Of a stretch of DNA of 64,000 nucleotides, positions 28,963-37,623 are shown in pieces. The DNA comes from a virus (lineage: Duplodnaviria; Heunggongvirae; Uroviricota; Caudoviricetes): the IMG/VR virus record IMGVR_UViG_3300037321_000115. One strand, written 5' to 3'. Under the pieces are notes generated by a model. That model saw only the letters and a list, made by a program, of their open reading frames with translations, did no database searches and was not told the origin of the DNA. A program made the position numbers and the translations under genes. Within the stretch, counting starts at the first letter, position 1; the number at the start of each line of letters is the position of its first letter.

Positions 28963-30068
28963 TCCATCTCCACGATCTCGCCGAACGGCGCGCTTGTTGC
29001 TCCAGTCGTCACCCACAGCACAGGGCAGGCAGGTGCGTCACCGAAGTCGCAGCAGTACAGGTCGGTGAGGAACACGATACCAGCAGGGTCGATACCTTGC
29101 TCCTCGATGTGCTTGAACACAGGGCTGAACGCCGTACCGCCACCGCCACGTGGGTTGAACTCGAAGTCACCGTCACGCTCGATGGTGTCATGGGCACAGA
29201 CATCGTGGCTAAAGAAGATGAAGTGTATCTTAGACGGCTTACCATCCTCGAATACCTGCCGACACTCCGCTGCGTACTGGTTCTTCTCGGCGTCACTGAT
29301 CGAACCAGACATGTCCACGGCGAACACCAACTCACCGAGCACCTCACCACTGGTTGAGGGCATGTATAGTCCTTGGCTCAGGAACCTGCGGTTGGGTCTG
29401 GCGAAGGTACGCTGGTCGTTCTTGGCCTTCTGCACGAACCGTTGCAGCACGTCGCGCCAGTCCACCTTGGGCTTGAGTACCTCGTCGACGAGTCGGGCCA
29501 TGTTGGCGCTCAGTTTACCCATCATCTTGGCAGCCTGCGCCGCTTGGGCCACCTTGATCTTCCACTCGGCAGCCTCTTGAGCCTGCTCAGCTTGGCCACC
29601 CTCGCCGTCCTCAAGGTCGTTACCAGTACCGCCGGCACCATCACCATCACCATCACCATCGGTGTCTGGCAACAGGTTGTATATACCATCGCTCGTGCCA
29701 CCGCCGTTGGTGTAGATGGTCGGGTCAAGGCAGCCACCCTCGATGAACTTACCAATACCCTCGTCAACAAGCAGCTGGTTGATGACGTAGTCCGCTGCCT
29801 TGTTCCACTTCTTGGGGTCACGAGCACCACGTCGGTAGTTGTGCTCCAGCATGGGGTGCAGGCACTCATGGGCCACAAGGAACTTGAGTTCCTCGTCAGT
29901 CAGCGGCTCGATAAAGTCGGGGTTGTACAGCACACGCTTGCCATTGGTAGCTGCCGTAGGCACCTCGTCGCTCAGTGACATGGGCATGTTGAGTGCCACG
30001 CTGCCAATGAAGGGGTGCTCTAGGATCAGGCTGGTCTTAGCCTTGCTCAGTCGTTTCATAAGGTCCAT
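28959..30068 (-). CDS. Putative metallopeptidase (DUF2201-like) fused to a vWA domain
   Basis: PTAATNG, VAHECLHPMLEH (HExxH), WNKAADYVIN; vWA MIDAS AVDMSGS, GGGGTAF, FLTDLY. Confidence 0.88.
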   Translation of the reverse strand: MDLMKRLSKAKTSLILEHPFIGSVALNMPMSLSDEVPTAATNGKRVLYNPDFIEPLTDEELKFLVAHECLHPMLEHNYRRGARDPKKWNKAADYVINQLLVDEGIGKFIEGGCLDPTIYTNGGGTSDGIYNLLPDTDGDGDGDGAGGTGNDLEDGEGGQAEQAQEAAEWKIKVAQAAQAAKMMGKLSANMARLVDEVLKPKVDWRDVLQRFVQKAKNDQRTFARPNRRFLSQGLYMPSTSGEVLGELVFAVDMSGSISDAEKNQYAAECRQVFEDGKPSKIHFIFFSHDVCAHDTIERDGDFEFNPRGGGGTAFSPVFKHIEEQGIDPAGIVFLTDLYCCDFGDAPACPVLWVTTGATSAPFGEIVEME

Positions 30069-30226
30069 TAGTTTTTCTCCAGTTCTTCAATTAGTCCACA
30101 CACTACGTCTATGGCCGTGTGTAAGTTGTCGATCTTGGTGACCTTGCAGCCGTAGTGTGGCTGCTTGGCAGCGGACACTGCCTGCCTCAGTCTGGCCTTG
30201 ACATACTCCTTATCAAAGGGGGTCAT
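30068..30226 (-). CDS. 52-aa hypothetical protein (absent from the ORF track)
   Basis: Hand translation MTPFDKEYVKARLRQAVS...IEELEKN; AAGGAG RBS; TAATG coupling to the vWA gene. Confidence 0.6.
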   Translation of the reverse strand: MTPFDKEYVKARLRQAVSAAKQPHYGCKVTKIDNLHTAIDVVCGLIEELEKN

Positions 30227-30239
30227 CGGGCTCTCTCCT

Positions 30240-31103
30240 TCACTTCAGTCCTCCCATGAAGACTGCCATTCTGGCAGCAATTTCGTTGGCCTCGTCGATC
30301 TTGGTCTGTCGGAACGTGGTGTTCATCACAACGCTGTCCTTACTCAGTCCGGCCAGCTTACCTTCGACCTCTTGGCGCATAGACTCGAGGTTGGGGTCGT
30401 CCATGACGTTGAGCCGTGGTAGCAACTCACACAAGTCAGTCACATGCTCCAGAGTGCTCTCATGGAAGCGAGCCTTGGGGTCGTCCAGCTTAGACAGTCG
30501 GTCTGCCATGTGGGTGACCTTGTCGTAGAGCCGCTGCCATACGTCCTGCATAGCCTGCTGTCCGGCCTGTTTGACACGGGCTGTGACCTCTTGCTGGATA
30601 CGATCCAGTTCCTCATCGGCGATGTTGACACGGAAGTCGCCGTTGGGGACAGGCATGACCTGCATATCCATCTTGAACTTGTCGGTAATCTCGCTGACGT
30701 CGGGGTAGTCCTCGGCCTTGTAGCTGGACCCAAGGAACCGCTGGGCATCGAGCACCAGCTGTGGGTAGGCAGGCACAAACTGCTTGACGAGGTACTCATA
30801 CTCGCTGCGTTCCTTGCGGAACTCAGTCATAAAGGTGAGGTAGTTGGCGGTCGGTAGAATCTGGATACCCTTGACGCCCCAAGGCAAGGTGTTCTCATAG
30901 AACTTGCCACGGATCAGGCTGGCCTTAGACTTGATGCTGTCCAGCAGGTCACACATAGGCAGCAGGCTCTTATGGCTGCGGATCGACCCAGACAGTGCCC
31001 CCTTGGCACGGGTTGTCTCGGTGCTGATCTCCTTATCCAGCTTGTTGGCTGACCATGTGGAGATGCTGAGTTGTACGAGGATCGCTCGGTCGTTGAGTTT
31101 CAT
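30240..31103 (-). CDS. Conserved helical protein typically found with AAA/vWA pairs (DUF3150-like)
   Basis: LVQLSISTWSANKLDK, TLPWG..G.QILP motifs; located between the AAA and vWA genes. Confidence 0.6.
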   Translation of the reverse strand: MKLNDRAILVQLSISTWSANKLDKEISTETTRAKGALSGSIRSHKSLLPMCDLLDSIKSKASLIRGKFYENTLPWGVKGIQILPTANYLTFMTEFRKERSEYEYLVKQFVPAYPQLVLDAQRFLGSSYKAEDYPDVSEITDKFKMDMQVMPVPNGDFRVNIADEELDRIQQEVTARVKQAGQQAMQDVWQRLYDKVTHMADRLSKLDDPKARFHESTLEHVTDLCELLPRLNVMDDPNLESMRQEVEGKLAGLSKDSVVMNTTFRQTKIDEANEIAARMAVFMGGLK

Positions 31104-31107
31104 TATA

Positions 31108-31362
31108 TCAGTCCTTCTTTAAGGTTGGTGCGGCTCCGGTCAGTCGGAGATACGCTTGATAGGCCAGCACTTTGCGTGCGTATCTGCTGGCGACGAACTG
31201 GTCCCACGTGGTGGGCTCAGTGGTGTACACCTTGTGGTCGGTGCGTTTCATACGGGCCTCGACCCACTCAGCGGAGAGGAGCCTGAGTTCCTCGTCACTG
31301 GCCTGTCCACTGGCACGAAGCCAGTGGACAAACGTCGGCCTCTTGGGCTCAAAAGAGGACAT
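31108..31362 (-). CDS. Hypothetical protein
   Basis: Likely start MSSFEPKRP, overlapping the AAA stop by 14 nt. Confidence 0.5.
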   Translation of the reverse strand: MSSFEPKRPTFVHWLRASGQASDEELRLLSAEWVEARMKRTDHKVYTTEPTTWDQFVASRYARKVLAYQAYLRLTGAAPTLKKD

Positions 31363-32344
31363 CTTGGTGTGCCAATGCCCAGCGAGTAAAGGCCTGTGTG
31401 TTGGCCAGACTGGGTGTCTTGCGGACAGCATGGGAGATGCTAAGGACCGAGAACTCGGCAGGCATACGGCCGGTGTAGGTCACAAGACGTTCCAAGTTAG
31501 CCTCGGTGGCACGGTCAGCCAAGGCACCGGACAAGGCGTAGAGTGTGGCCGGGTCAGTCGGTACCTCTGCCGTATCGGGGTTGACGAGGATAGCATCGGG
31601 GTTGGGCAGCTTACGGTAGATACGCACAAACCCAACAAACTCAGCCGCTGCACCCTCACCAACAGCACCCTTGAAGCACTCATACTCAGCCTCGGCTGGC
31701 ACGTTGCCAAGCACTGCACTGACACCCTCGACCCATGACCGTGGTGTCGGGTTGACGTCACGCTGTGGGTCGAAGTCATGCAGCAAGTGAGGCCGGAACC
31801 GTGTGAAGGCGATGACCATGGGGTGTACGTCGTTGTCGATCATCCACTGGGTGCTGTCGTCGAGGTGTGTCTCGAACTCCAGCACTGTCTCACGGTTACG
31901 CAAGTGGCTCAACACACGGTTGGCACCAGCCCTGTCGGACTGCCTGTTACCCGTTGACACCACCGTCCACCCATTGGCCAAGGGCTTGCCGTGTAGGGTC
32001 CGAGCCTGCTGGATGTTGGCCAGTACCTTTTGTAGGTCGGCGTTGGCTTGGTTCCGATCATCGAACAGTAGGATACCACCGCGCTCGGTGCCGGCCTTGC
32101 CCTTGAGTGGGAACCATTCGGGCAGCTTGTAGCTGAAGCTGTCGCCGGCAGCGTCGGGGTAGGGTATCCCGAAGTCCTCGACCAGCATGGTCGGCATGTG
32201 CCGCTCCACGACAGGTAACCCCATAGCCTCGGCCACCTCGTGGACAATGGTGGTCTTACCACCGCCCGGAGGCCCCTCGATAGCTACGGAGCGACCGAGT
32301 GGGATGAGCGACTGGAGTGTGTCTTTTAGTAATGTAGCACGCAT
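31349..32344 (-). CDS. AAA+ ATPase (MoxR-like)
   Basis: Walker A EGPPGGGKT, Walker B variant LLFDDRNQA, sensor STGNR, PTPRSW; AGGAG RBS. Confidence 0.9.
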   Translation of the reverse strand: MRATLLKDTLQSLIPLGRSVAIEGPPGGGKTTIVHEVAEAMGLPVVERHMPTMLVEDFGIPYPDAAGDSFSYKLPEWFPLKGKAGTERGGILLFDDRNQANADLQKVLANIQQARTLHGKPLANGWTVVSTGNRQSDRAGANRVLSHLRNRETVLEFETHLDDSTQWMIDNDVHPMVIAFTRFRPHLLHDFDPQRDVNPTPRSWVEGVSAVLGNVPAEAEYECFKGAVGEGAAAEFVGFVRIYRKLPNPDAILVNPDTAEVPTDPATLYALSGALADRATEANLERLVTYTGRMPAEFSVLSISHAVRKTPSLANTQAFTRWALAHQDVLF

Positions 32345-32361
32345 TTGCGGCTCCTATTATA

Positions 32362-32424
32362 TGGCTTGTCTCATCAGTAGCATGGGAGCCACCCATGCTA
32401 GACGCCCCGTAGGGCGTTTCGATA
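32362..32424 (-). ncRNA. Type II hammerhead ribozyme with loop I / 3' tail pseudoknot
   Basis: The minus strand reads UAUC-GAAA-CGCCC-UACG-GGGCG-UC|UAGCAUGGG-UGGCU-CCCAUGCUA-CUGAUGA-GACA-AGCCA. This gives the full core (GAAA, GUC triplet, CUGAUGA), a 6-bp stem III, a 9-bp stem I, a short stem II (G-C, A-U) and loop UGGCU complementary to the downstream AGCCA. Confidence 0.88.
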
Positions 32425-33231
32425 TTACCCAACCCGCATGATCTGGTTCAAGGCGTTCCGCATCTGGGTGTGGTCCTCGAAATACTCATACGTCTCGATG
32501 TCGTAGCACGTCTCGTACTTGTAGACGGCCTCCCGCAGTGACCGCAGCTCAGCCTCCAGTGGTGCATGACTGCCCATACGACCAGCGATCTCGGCCCAAC
32601 CAGTCTCACCTTGGCGGAGGTACTTGACAGCCTCACTAGGTGTCCACGAGAACGAACTGCCAGACCAACGGGGGCTACGTGGACACAAGTGGAGACGAAT
32701 ACGTGTCTCCAGCCATAGCTTGAACGTGTAGTAGTTGGTGTCCTTGAGAGCCTGCTTTCCTTCCTTGCGGTTGAAGTACGGCACCTCGACGGGCTTGGAA
32801 CCATCGACAAGCGTCCAACCGGTCTCTGCTGGCTGGACCACGGCGAAGGACGGGGTGCTATAGTACCGACCACCCACTTCGGTGATGTAGCCCTTATCTG
32901 ACCAGTGAGTGTTCACATGGGGTCCGAGGACTGACCACATGACGCGGTTGGTCAGGGCAGAGGGGTAAGGGGTGAGGACAACAGGGGACAAGTCGTTGTC
33001 ACCATCAGCTTGGTAGGTGTAGCGGATAATATCCGTGTGGTATAACCGGACCAGTATATCACTGGTCGTTGGTTCCATCCGGATGGTCAGGTTTTCGTTA
33101 CTACGGCGAGCCAGTGGCCTTGTGTTCTGGTCAGATCGACCACGGATAGGCTTGGTGGAGTGGTACCGGAGCAGTGCTGTGTTGTAGCTGAACATACGGC
33201 AGGCTGGTAATTGGATGTTTGATCCGAACAT
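32425..33231 (-). CDS. Hypothetical early protein
   Basis: 268-aa ORF with AAGGAG RBS, coupled to the upstream gene. Confidence 0.75.
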   Translation of the reverse strand: MFGSNIQLPACRMFSYNTALLRYHSTKPIRGRSDQNTRPLARRSNENLTIRMEPTTSDILVRLYHTDIIRYTYQADGDNDLSPVVLTPYPSALTNRVMWSVLGPHVNTHWSDKGYITEVGGRYYSTPSFAVVQPAETGWTLVDGSKPVEVPYFNRKEGKQALKDTNYYTFKLWLETRIRLHLCPRSPRWSGSSFSWTPSEAVKYLRQGETGWAEIAGRMGSHAPLEAELRSLREAVYKYETCYDIETYEYFEDHTQMRNALNQIMRVG

Positions 33232-33503
33232 CAGTTGGTCTCCTTATGGGTGGTGTGGTCCAGCCAGCACTGTACTGTGTAGGCAGCGACAGCAAAGCGG
33301 ACTACCATTACACCGGGCTTATGGTAAGGGAAGAAACCAGTGGCTTCCCAGCCAGCAGTACTAAGGGACGTGGAACCAGCCCGCATTTTGGCCATAACCA
33401 TGGCCCTGATGTAGTCGGCGGATGATCGACCGGGGTTGATAATACGCAGCACGTCGGCGGTTGCCTCAAGGCTGTACTCGTCGATCTCGATTGTATAGTT
33501 CAT
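33231..33503 (-). CDS. Hypothetical early protein
   Basis: AAGGAG RBS; TGATG coupling to the next gene. Confidence 0.7.
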   Translation of the reverse strand: MNYTIEIDEYSLEATADVLRIINPGRSSADYIRAMVMAKMRAGSTSLSTAGWEATGFFPYHKPGVMVVRFAVAAYTVQCWLDHTTHKETN

Positions 33504-33524
33504 AGCTTATTCTCCTTAGGGTGT

Positions 33525-33848
33525 TTAGTTGAGAGCAAGTGTCAGCGGTGCTGCCACGACGTTGTAGTGAATCTGTACATGAGTGTATCCGTAATCCATG
33601 AGGTTACGACGTTCGTCCACTGCTACTACAGAGCCGTAGTAAGGACTGGACTTGCTAGTGATGATGAACTCACGGCCAGCAGCCCAGTCATAACCAGCCT
33701 CAGACTGGTGCAGATAGGTCCGGCGACGAGGACGGATGGTAAGTATACGATGTGGTGTCTGTTCACTTAGGTCGGCAAGATTGACCCAAGTCACTGGTGC
33801 AGTGTCAACTTCACTGTCATCGTCGTCCATGAAGATATTATCAAACAT
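33525..33848 (-). CDS. Hypothetical early protein
   Basis: Start refined to MFDNIFMDDDD after a CAGGAG RBS and a sigma70-like promoter. Confidence 0.65.
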   Translation of the reverse strand: MFDNIFMDDDDSEVDTAPVTWVNLADLSEQTPHRILTIRPRRRTYLHQSEAGYDWAAGREFIITSKSSPYYGSVVAVDERRNLMDYGYTHVQIHYNVVAAPLTLALN

Positions 33849-33912
33849 AGTAGTTAGCTCCTGTAAAAGAGAGATTTTATACCACCGAGCCGGGTTGGGC
33901 TTGGCGATTTTC

Positions 33913-33941
33913 AAACTAGCAGGTCGGCCGAGCCGTGTCAA
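33913..33941 (-). promoter_or_regulatory. Sigma70-like early promoter
   Basis: TTGACA-17 nt-TAGTTT on the minus strand. Confidence 0.65.
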
Positions 33942-33989
33942 GTTTCGAGCTAAACCTTTGATTTTGCAGGGTTTTTCCGGCTCGCGGCC

Positions 33990-34495
33990 CAAGTATACAC
34001 TAGTAGGCGTAGATAAACTATCTATGCAACTATCTACGAAAAAGCGCTGTAAGTGTATGAAAACAAACAACTATCTAACTATCTACGTGAATTTCAGTAG
34101 AGGCCCCATCTTTTAGTGCAGGTGCGTGTATACTTGTGAATATATTCGCGCATGAAAGGGCTAATATATGAGTAGATAGATAGATAGTTAGATAGTTGAC
34201 CAAATGTATATATATACTAAACACGCTCTATCCCACTGGTTTTACACGCTTTTCTCCCCCATGGTACTACAACGTTACACAAATCCCGGTATACACGCAC
34301 CCTTAAAATGTAACGTTTCAGGCCCTAAAAACGTAGATAGTTTTTAGCAGAAATAGATAGTTGTTTGTTTTCAACTACTTAAAAATGTAACGTGTATACT
34401 ACCAGCTAAGTATACACGTATACTTTAACTATACACGTATACTAACGCACCCTAAGTTTACATGTATACTACGGGGGCGCGCGCGTGTATAGTTT
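33990..34495. repeat. AT-rich iteron-like region (candidate replication origin)
   Basis: Eight or more ACTATCTA/TAGATAG copies; perfect 18-bp inverted repeat (34060-34077 / 34354-34371); eight GTATAC palindromes; no credible ORF. Confidence 0.6.
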
Positions 34496-34545
34496 TGAGC
34501 TAAAGACCCCCGACGTATGCCGAGAGGAACGAGGTACAAGCAGAC

Positions 34546-34578
34546 AAAAGAAAACCCGCCTAGCTTTCGCCAGACGGG
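34546..34578 (-). terminator. Rho-independent terminator
   Basis: Minus strand CCCGTCTGGC-GAAA-GCTAGGCGGG-TTTTCTTTT. Confidence 0.85.
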
Positions 34579-34585
34579 TCGGTGG

Positions 34586-34774
34586 TTAGAGTGCCATGCC
34601 GATGAAGATCACGGCCACAGCAAAGAGCATGAAGGCGAGGGCAGCGCGGATGTTACCGCGTGTTGGTGGTTGTTCACGAGCTGCGAGGTACCGCTCCGCT
34701 TCCACCTGACCGATGCGGCTAACATAGCCGTCGTACTGCAGCTGCTGCAGCTTAATATCAATGCGTTTTGACAT
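34586..34774 (-). CDS. Small early protein with C-terminal TM helix
   Basis: CAGGAG RBS; hydrophobic C-terminus. Confidence 0.65.
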   Translation of the reverse strand: MSKRIDIKLQQLQYDGYVSRIGQVEAERYLAAREQPPTRGNIRAALAFMLFAVAVIFIGMAL

Positions 34775-34789
34775 AGTATTTTCTCCTGA

Positions 34790-34820
34790 TTAAAAGGTGG
34801 CCAGCCCTTGCGGGCTGGCC
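34790..34820 (-). terminator. Rho-independent terminator
   Basis: GGCCAGCCC-GCAA-GGGCTGGCC then ACCTTTT on the minus strand. Confidence 0.7.
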
Positions 34821-34827
34821 GTTGTGA

Positions 34828-35121
34828 TTAGAGCTTGAAGACAGGCTTGGTGCTTGCCTTGGTCACGCGCTGTTCCTGCTCCGGAACCTTAGCGACCGAG
34901 AGCTTGCCAAAGCGGTAACCGAAGGCGAGAGTGAAGCCTTCATCGAGCGCGCCTTTCTTGCGAGCGGCGGCAACGAATTGCATCTCGAACGCTGATTTAG
35001 TATCCTTATAATCCTTTTCCGCGAGCCTCACGGCATCAAGCCGCTTAGCGAGCGCTGCGTTGGATTCCAAGGAAACTTCGATCCATGTCAATTCAGAGGC
35101 GATACGCTTAGTCATAGTCAT
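34828..35121 (-). CDS. First early gene, small basic hypothetical protein
   Basis: Start refined to MTMTKRIASE after AAAGGGA. Confidence 0.65.
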   Translation of the reverse strand: MTMTKRIASELTWIEVSLESNAALAKRLDAVRLAEKDYKDTKSAFEMQFVAAARKKGALDEGFTLAFGYRFGKLSVAKVPEQEQRVTKASTKPVFKL

Positions 35122-35255
35122 TCCCTTTCGAGGATTAAGATTGAAAGAGCATGATCCCATCATCGGGATCACGTCCCTAGGTGCGTTTAACGATTTCAAA
35201 CAGCGTGGGCTGGTGGCCCGTATCGTCCGGCGTCTTATCTGCCATCCGATGAAAC

Positions 35256-35285
35256 ATTTATGCCGTACAATACACAGCTTGTCAA
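35256..35285 (-). promoter_or_regulatory. Candidate major early promoter
   Basis: TTGACA followed after 16-17 nt by GCATAAAT on the minus strand, upstream of a roughly 130-nt leader. Confidence 0.5.
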
Positions 35286-35534
35286 ATCGCCTTGTTTTAT
35301 AGGGGCCTAACGGCTTGCCTTGTATAGTATCTGTCACGCCGCGCCACACATGGTAAGCCGGGGGAGGGGGGGGCAGTTGGACACAGGAATCTTTGGCCCC
35401 CCCATAGTGTAGTAAACCTCATAAAGCACAGGCCAGAAAAAGGAACGTGTATACTTTCGAGCCTCCCAGAAACCAAACTGTATACTTTGCATACCCACTT
35501 GCCAGACCCCCCCACTGCGCGCTATCTTAGCGCC

Positions 35535-36014
35535 ATGGACACATACCCGCTGCATCACACCAAATGGTCGGACCGGCTCACGTTCGATATCGCCCTTGCC
35601 CTTGAGGGTAGCGGTGAGGACTTGGATGAGATTAAGGGTCGACACAACATAACCGCCTCAGAGCTGCTGGTGTTCAACAAGGACCCGGTGTTTCTTAAGC
35701 GCGTGGAATCCTACCGTGACGACATCCGAGAGAAGGGCGTGACATTCAAGCTAAAGGCCCGGGCGCAGGCTGAAGAACTCCTCACAACATCTTGGGGGTT
35801 GATACACAGCCCTGATGTATCTCCGGCGGTCAAGGCTGACCTCATCAAGTCCACGGTCAAGTGGGCAGGACTGGAGGCCAAGACCGAGGAGGCCACGGCT
35901 GGCGGGGGCGGTGTGAAGATCAACATAAACTTCGGGAACAACACGCCTCCCATGACCCTGACAGCGGACGTAGAAGGGGAAGCCTATGAACTTGATTCGG
36001 ACGATTTTCAGTAG
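35535..36014 (+). CDS. terS: Terminase small subunit (putative)
   Basis: Start refined to MDTYPLHH; helical; ends in GGGGVKININFG; directly upstream of the large terminase. Confidence 0.65.
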   Translation: MDTYPLHHTKWSDRLTFDIALALEGSGEDLDEIKGRHNITASELLVFNKDPVFLKRVESYRDDIREKGVTFKLKARAQAEELLTTSWGLIHSPDVSPAVKADLIKSTVKWAGLEAKTEEATAGGGGVKININFGNNTPPMTLTADVEGEAYELDSDDFQ

Positions 36015-36207
36015 CACGTATGAGGGCGCCCCTGCAGCACGTTTGCAAACGTTTCAAGAACATGAAGACCTACGCCTTACGCTTGAGAGCGCGGGCTATT
36101 CGTACCGGACGAAGATCGTCCCCCCACGTAACAGAACGAAGCGCCGCCCAGAAGGGTGCCCGAGAGAAATCGTGGTGATACTGGTACAGGAGTACGTCCA
36201 TGAGTGA
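35986..36207 (+). CDS. Hypothetical protein
   Basis: GGGGA RBS; between terS and terL. Confidence 0.6.
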   Translation: MNLIRTIFSSTYEGAPAARLQTFQEHEDLRLTLESAGYSYRTKIVPPRNRTKRRPEGCPREIVVILVQEYVHE

Positions 36208-36231
36208 TGGACGGGAGCGGGAGGCGCACTA

Positions 36232-37617
36232 ATGAGTTTGTCTATAGATTACACCCCGCCGCCGACAGGTGAGCGATTTATGAAGTCTGACGCTAAGATG
36301 CGCGCGCTAATGGGCCCCGTCGGGTCCGGTAAGTCTGTGACCTGCAGCTTTGAGGTTATCCGCCGGGCGGCGGCGCAGACGCCAGACCCCAACACAGGTA
36401 AGCGCCGGACGCGGGCGGCTGTGGTGCGGGAGACGGCGCGGCAGCTACAAGATACCACGATCAAGACGTTCCTCGACTGGTTCCCACCGGGGGTGTGCGG
36501 GCGGTACATGCGCACCACCAAGACCTATTTCTTCGAGGTCGGCGACATAGAGTGTGAGATTATGTTTCGGGCGCTGGACGACGCGGACGACGTGGCCAAC
36601 CTCAACTCGCTGGAGCTCACCTTCGCGTGGTTCAACGAGTGCAGGGACATCGCGCCGGAGATCGTGGACGCCATGTCCAAACGCGTCGGGCGATTCCCGT
36701 CCAACAAAGACGGCGGGCCGACGTGGCACGGGATGTGGGGGGATACCAACCCGCCAACCATGGACACGTGGTGGTACTACCAGATGGAGGGGGTCGACCC
36801 TAAGGACGGCGTCAGTACGAACGACAACGGCTGGGATGTGTTTAAACAACCGTCAGGTCGGAGCGTATACGCCGAGAACATCGAGAACCTGCCGAATGGG
36901 TACTACGACACCCAAGGCCGCAGCGAGGACTACGTCCGGGTGTTCATCGACGGTGAGTATGGGTTGAGCAGTAACGGCAAGCCGGTCTACCAGTACTTTC
37001 GGCCGGACTACCACATGGCAAGTCAGACCCTACGACCTATCAGTAACGGGACCCGACCCGTTGTGGTGGGGATGGATTTGGGTTTGACACCGGCCGCGGT
37101 TATAGGGCAACAAGACCCTCGCGGGCGAGCCCTTATCTTCGATGAGCTAGTTAGCTTTGATATGGGGATTCAACGGTTCGTCCGCACGATGCTCAAACCG
37201 CTGTTATATGAGCGGTTTCCCGGGGCCCCCGTCCTGATTGTCGTTGACCCTGCGGGTACGCAGCGGGCACAGACAGACGAGCGGACCGCAGTGGACATCA
37301 TCAAGGCCGAAGGGCTCAGGGTCATCCCCGCCAAGACCAACAAGGTCAGCGCGCGCCTCAACTCCGTGGACGACTTTCTCATGCGGCAGGTGGACGGTGA
37401 CCCGGCCTTCCTGCTCGACCCGAGGTGTATGCGCCTCAAGGCTGCCATGATGGGAGGCTACCGGTTTGACAAGAACGGGGGCATCGACAAGAACAAACAC
37501 AGCCACGTGGCCGAAGCGCTCCAGTATCTAATGCTACATATTGCGTCCGCGGGAGACGGGCAGCACATGATAGAGCGGCGAGAAGTAAAACGTGTTGCAT
37601 CCGCTGGCTGGACATAG
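36232..37617 (+). CDS. terL: Terminase large subunit
   Basis: Walker A GPVGSGKS, VVRETARQLQDTT, WFNEC, GDTNPP; nuclease GMDLG, DPAG, SHVAEALQY. Confidence 0.92.
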   Translation: MSLSIDYTPPPTGERFMKSDAKMRALMGPVGSGKSVTCSFEVIRRAAAQTPDPNTGKRRTRAAVVRETARQLQDTTIKTFLDWFPPGVCGRYMRTTKTYFFEVGDIECEIMFRALDDADDVANLNSLELTFAWFNECRDIAPEIVDAMSKRVGRFPSNKDGGPTWHGMWGDTNPPTMDTWWYYQMEGVDPKDGVSTNDNGWDVFKQPSGRSVYAENIENLPNGYYDTQGRSEDYVRVFIDGEYGLSSNGKPVYQYFRPDYHMASQTLRPISNGTRPVVVGMDLGLTPAAVIGQQDPRGRALIFDELVSFDMGIQRFVRTMLKPLLYERFPGAPVLIVVDPAGTQRAQTDERTAVDIIKAEGLRVIPAKTNKVSARLNSVDDFLMRQVDGDPAFLLDPRCMRLKAAMMGGYRFDKNGGIDKNKHSHVAEALQYLMLHIASAGDGQHMIERREVKRVASAGWT

Positions 37618-37623
37618 TATTGG

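Noticed and set aside
35122-35260. Second hammerhead or twister ribozyme in the early leader
   Set aside because: Hairpins are present, but no CUGANGA/GAAA core or twister consensus in the correct arrangement.
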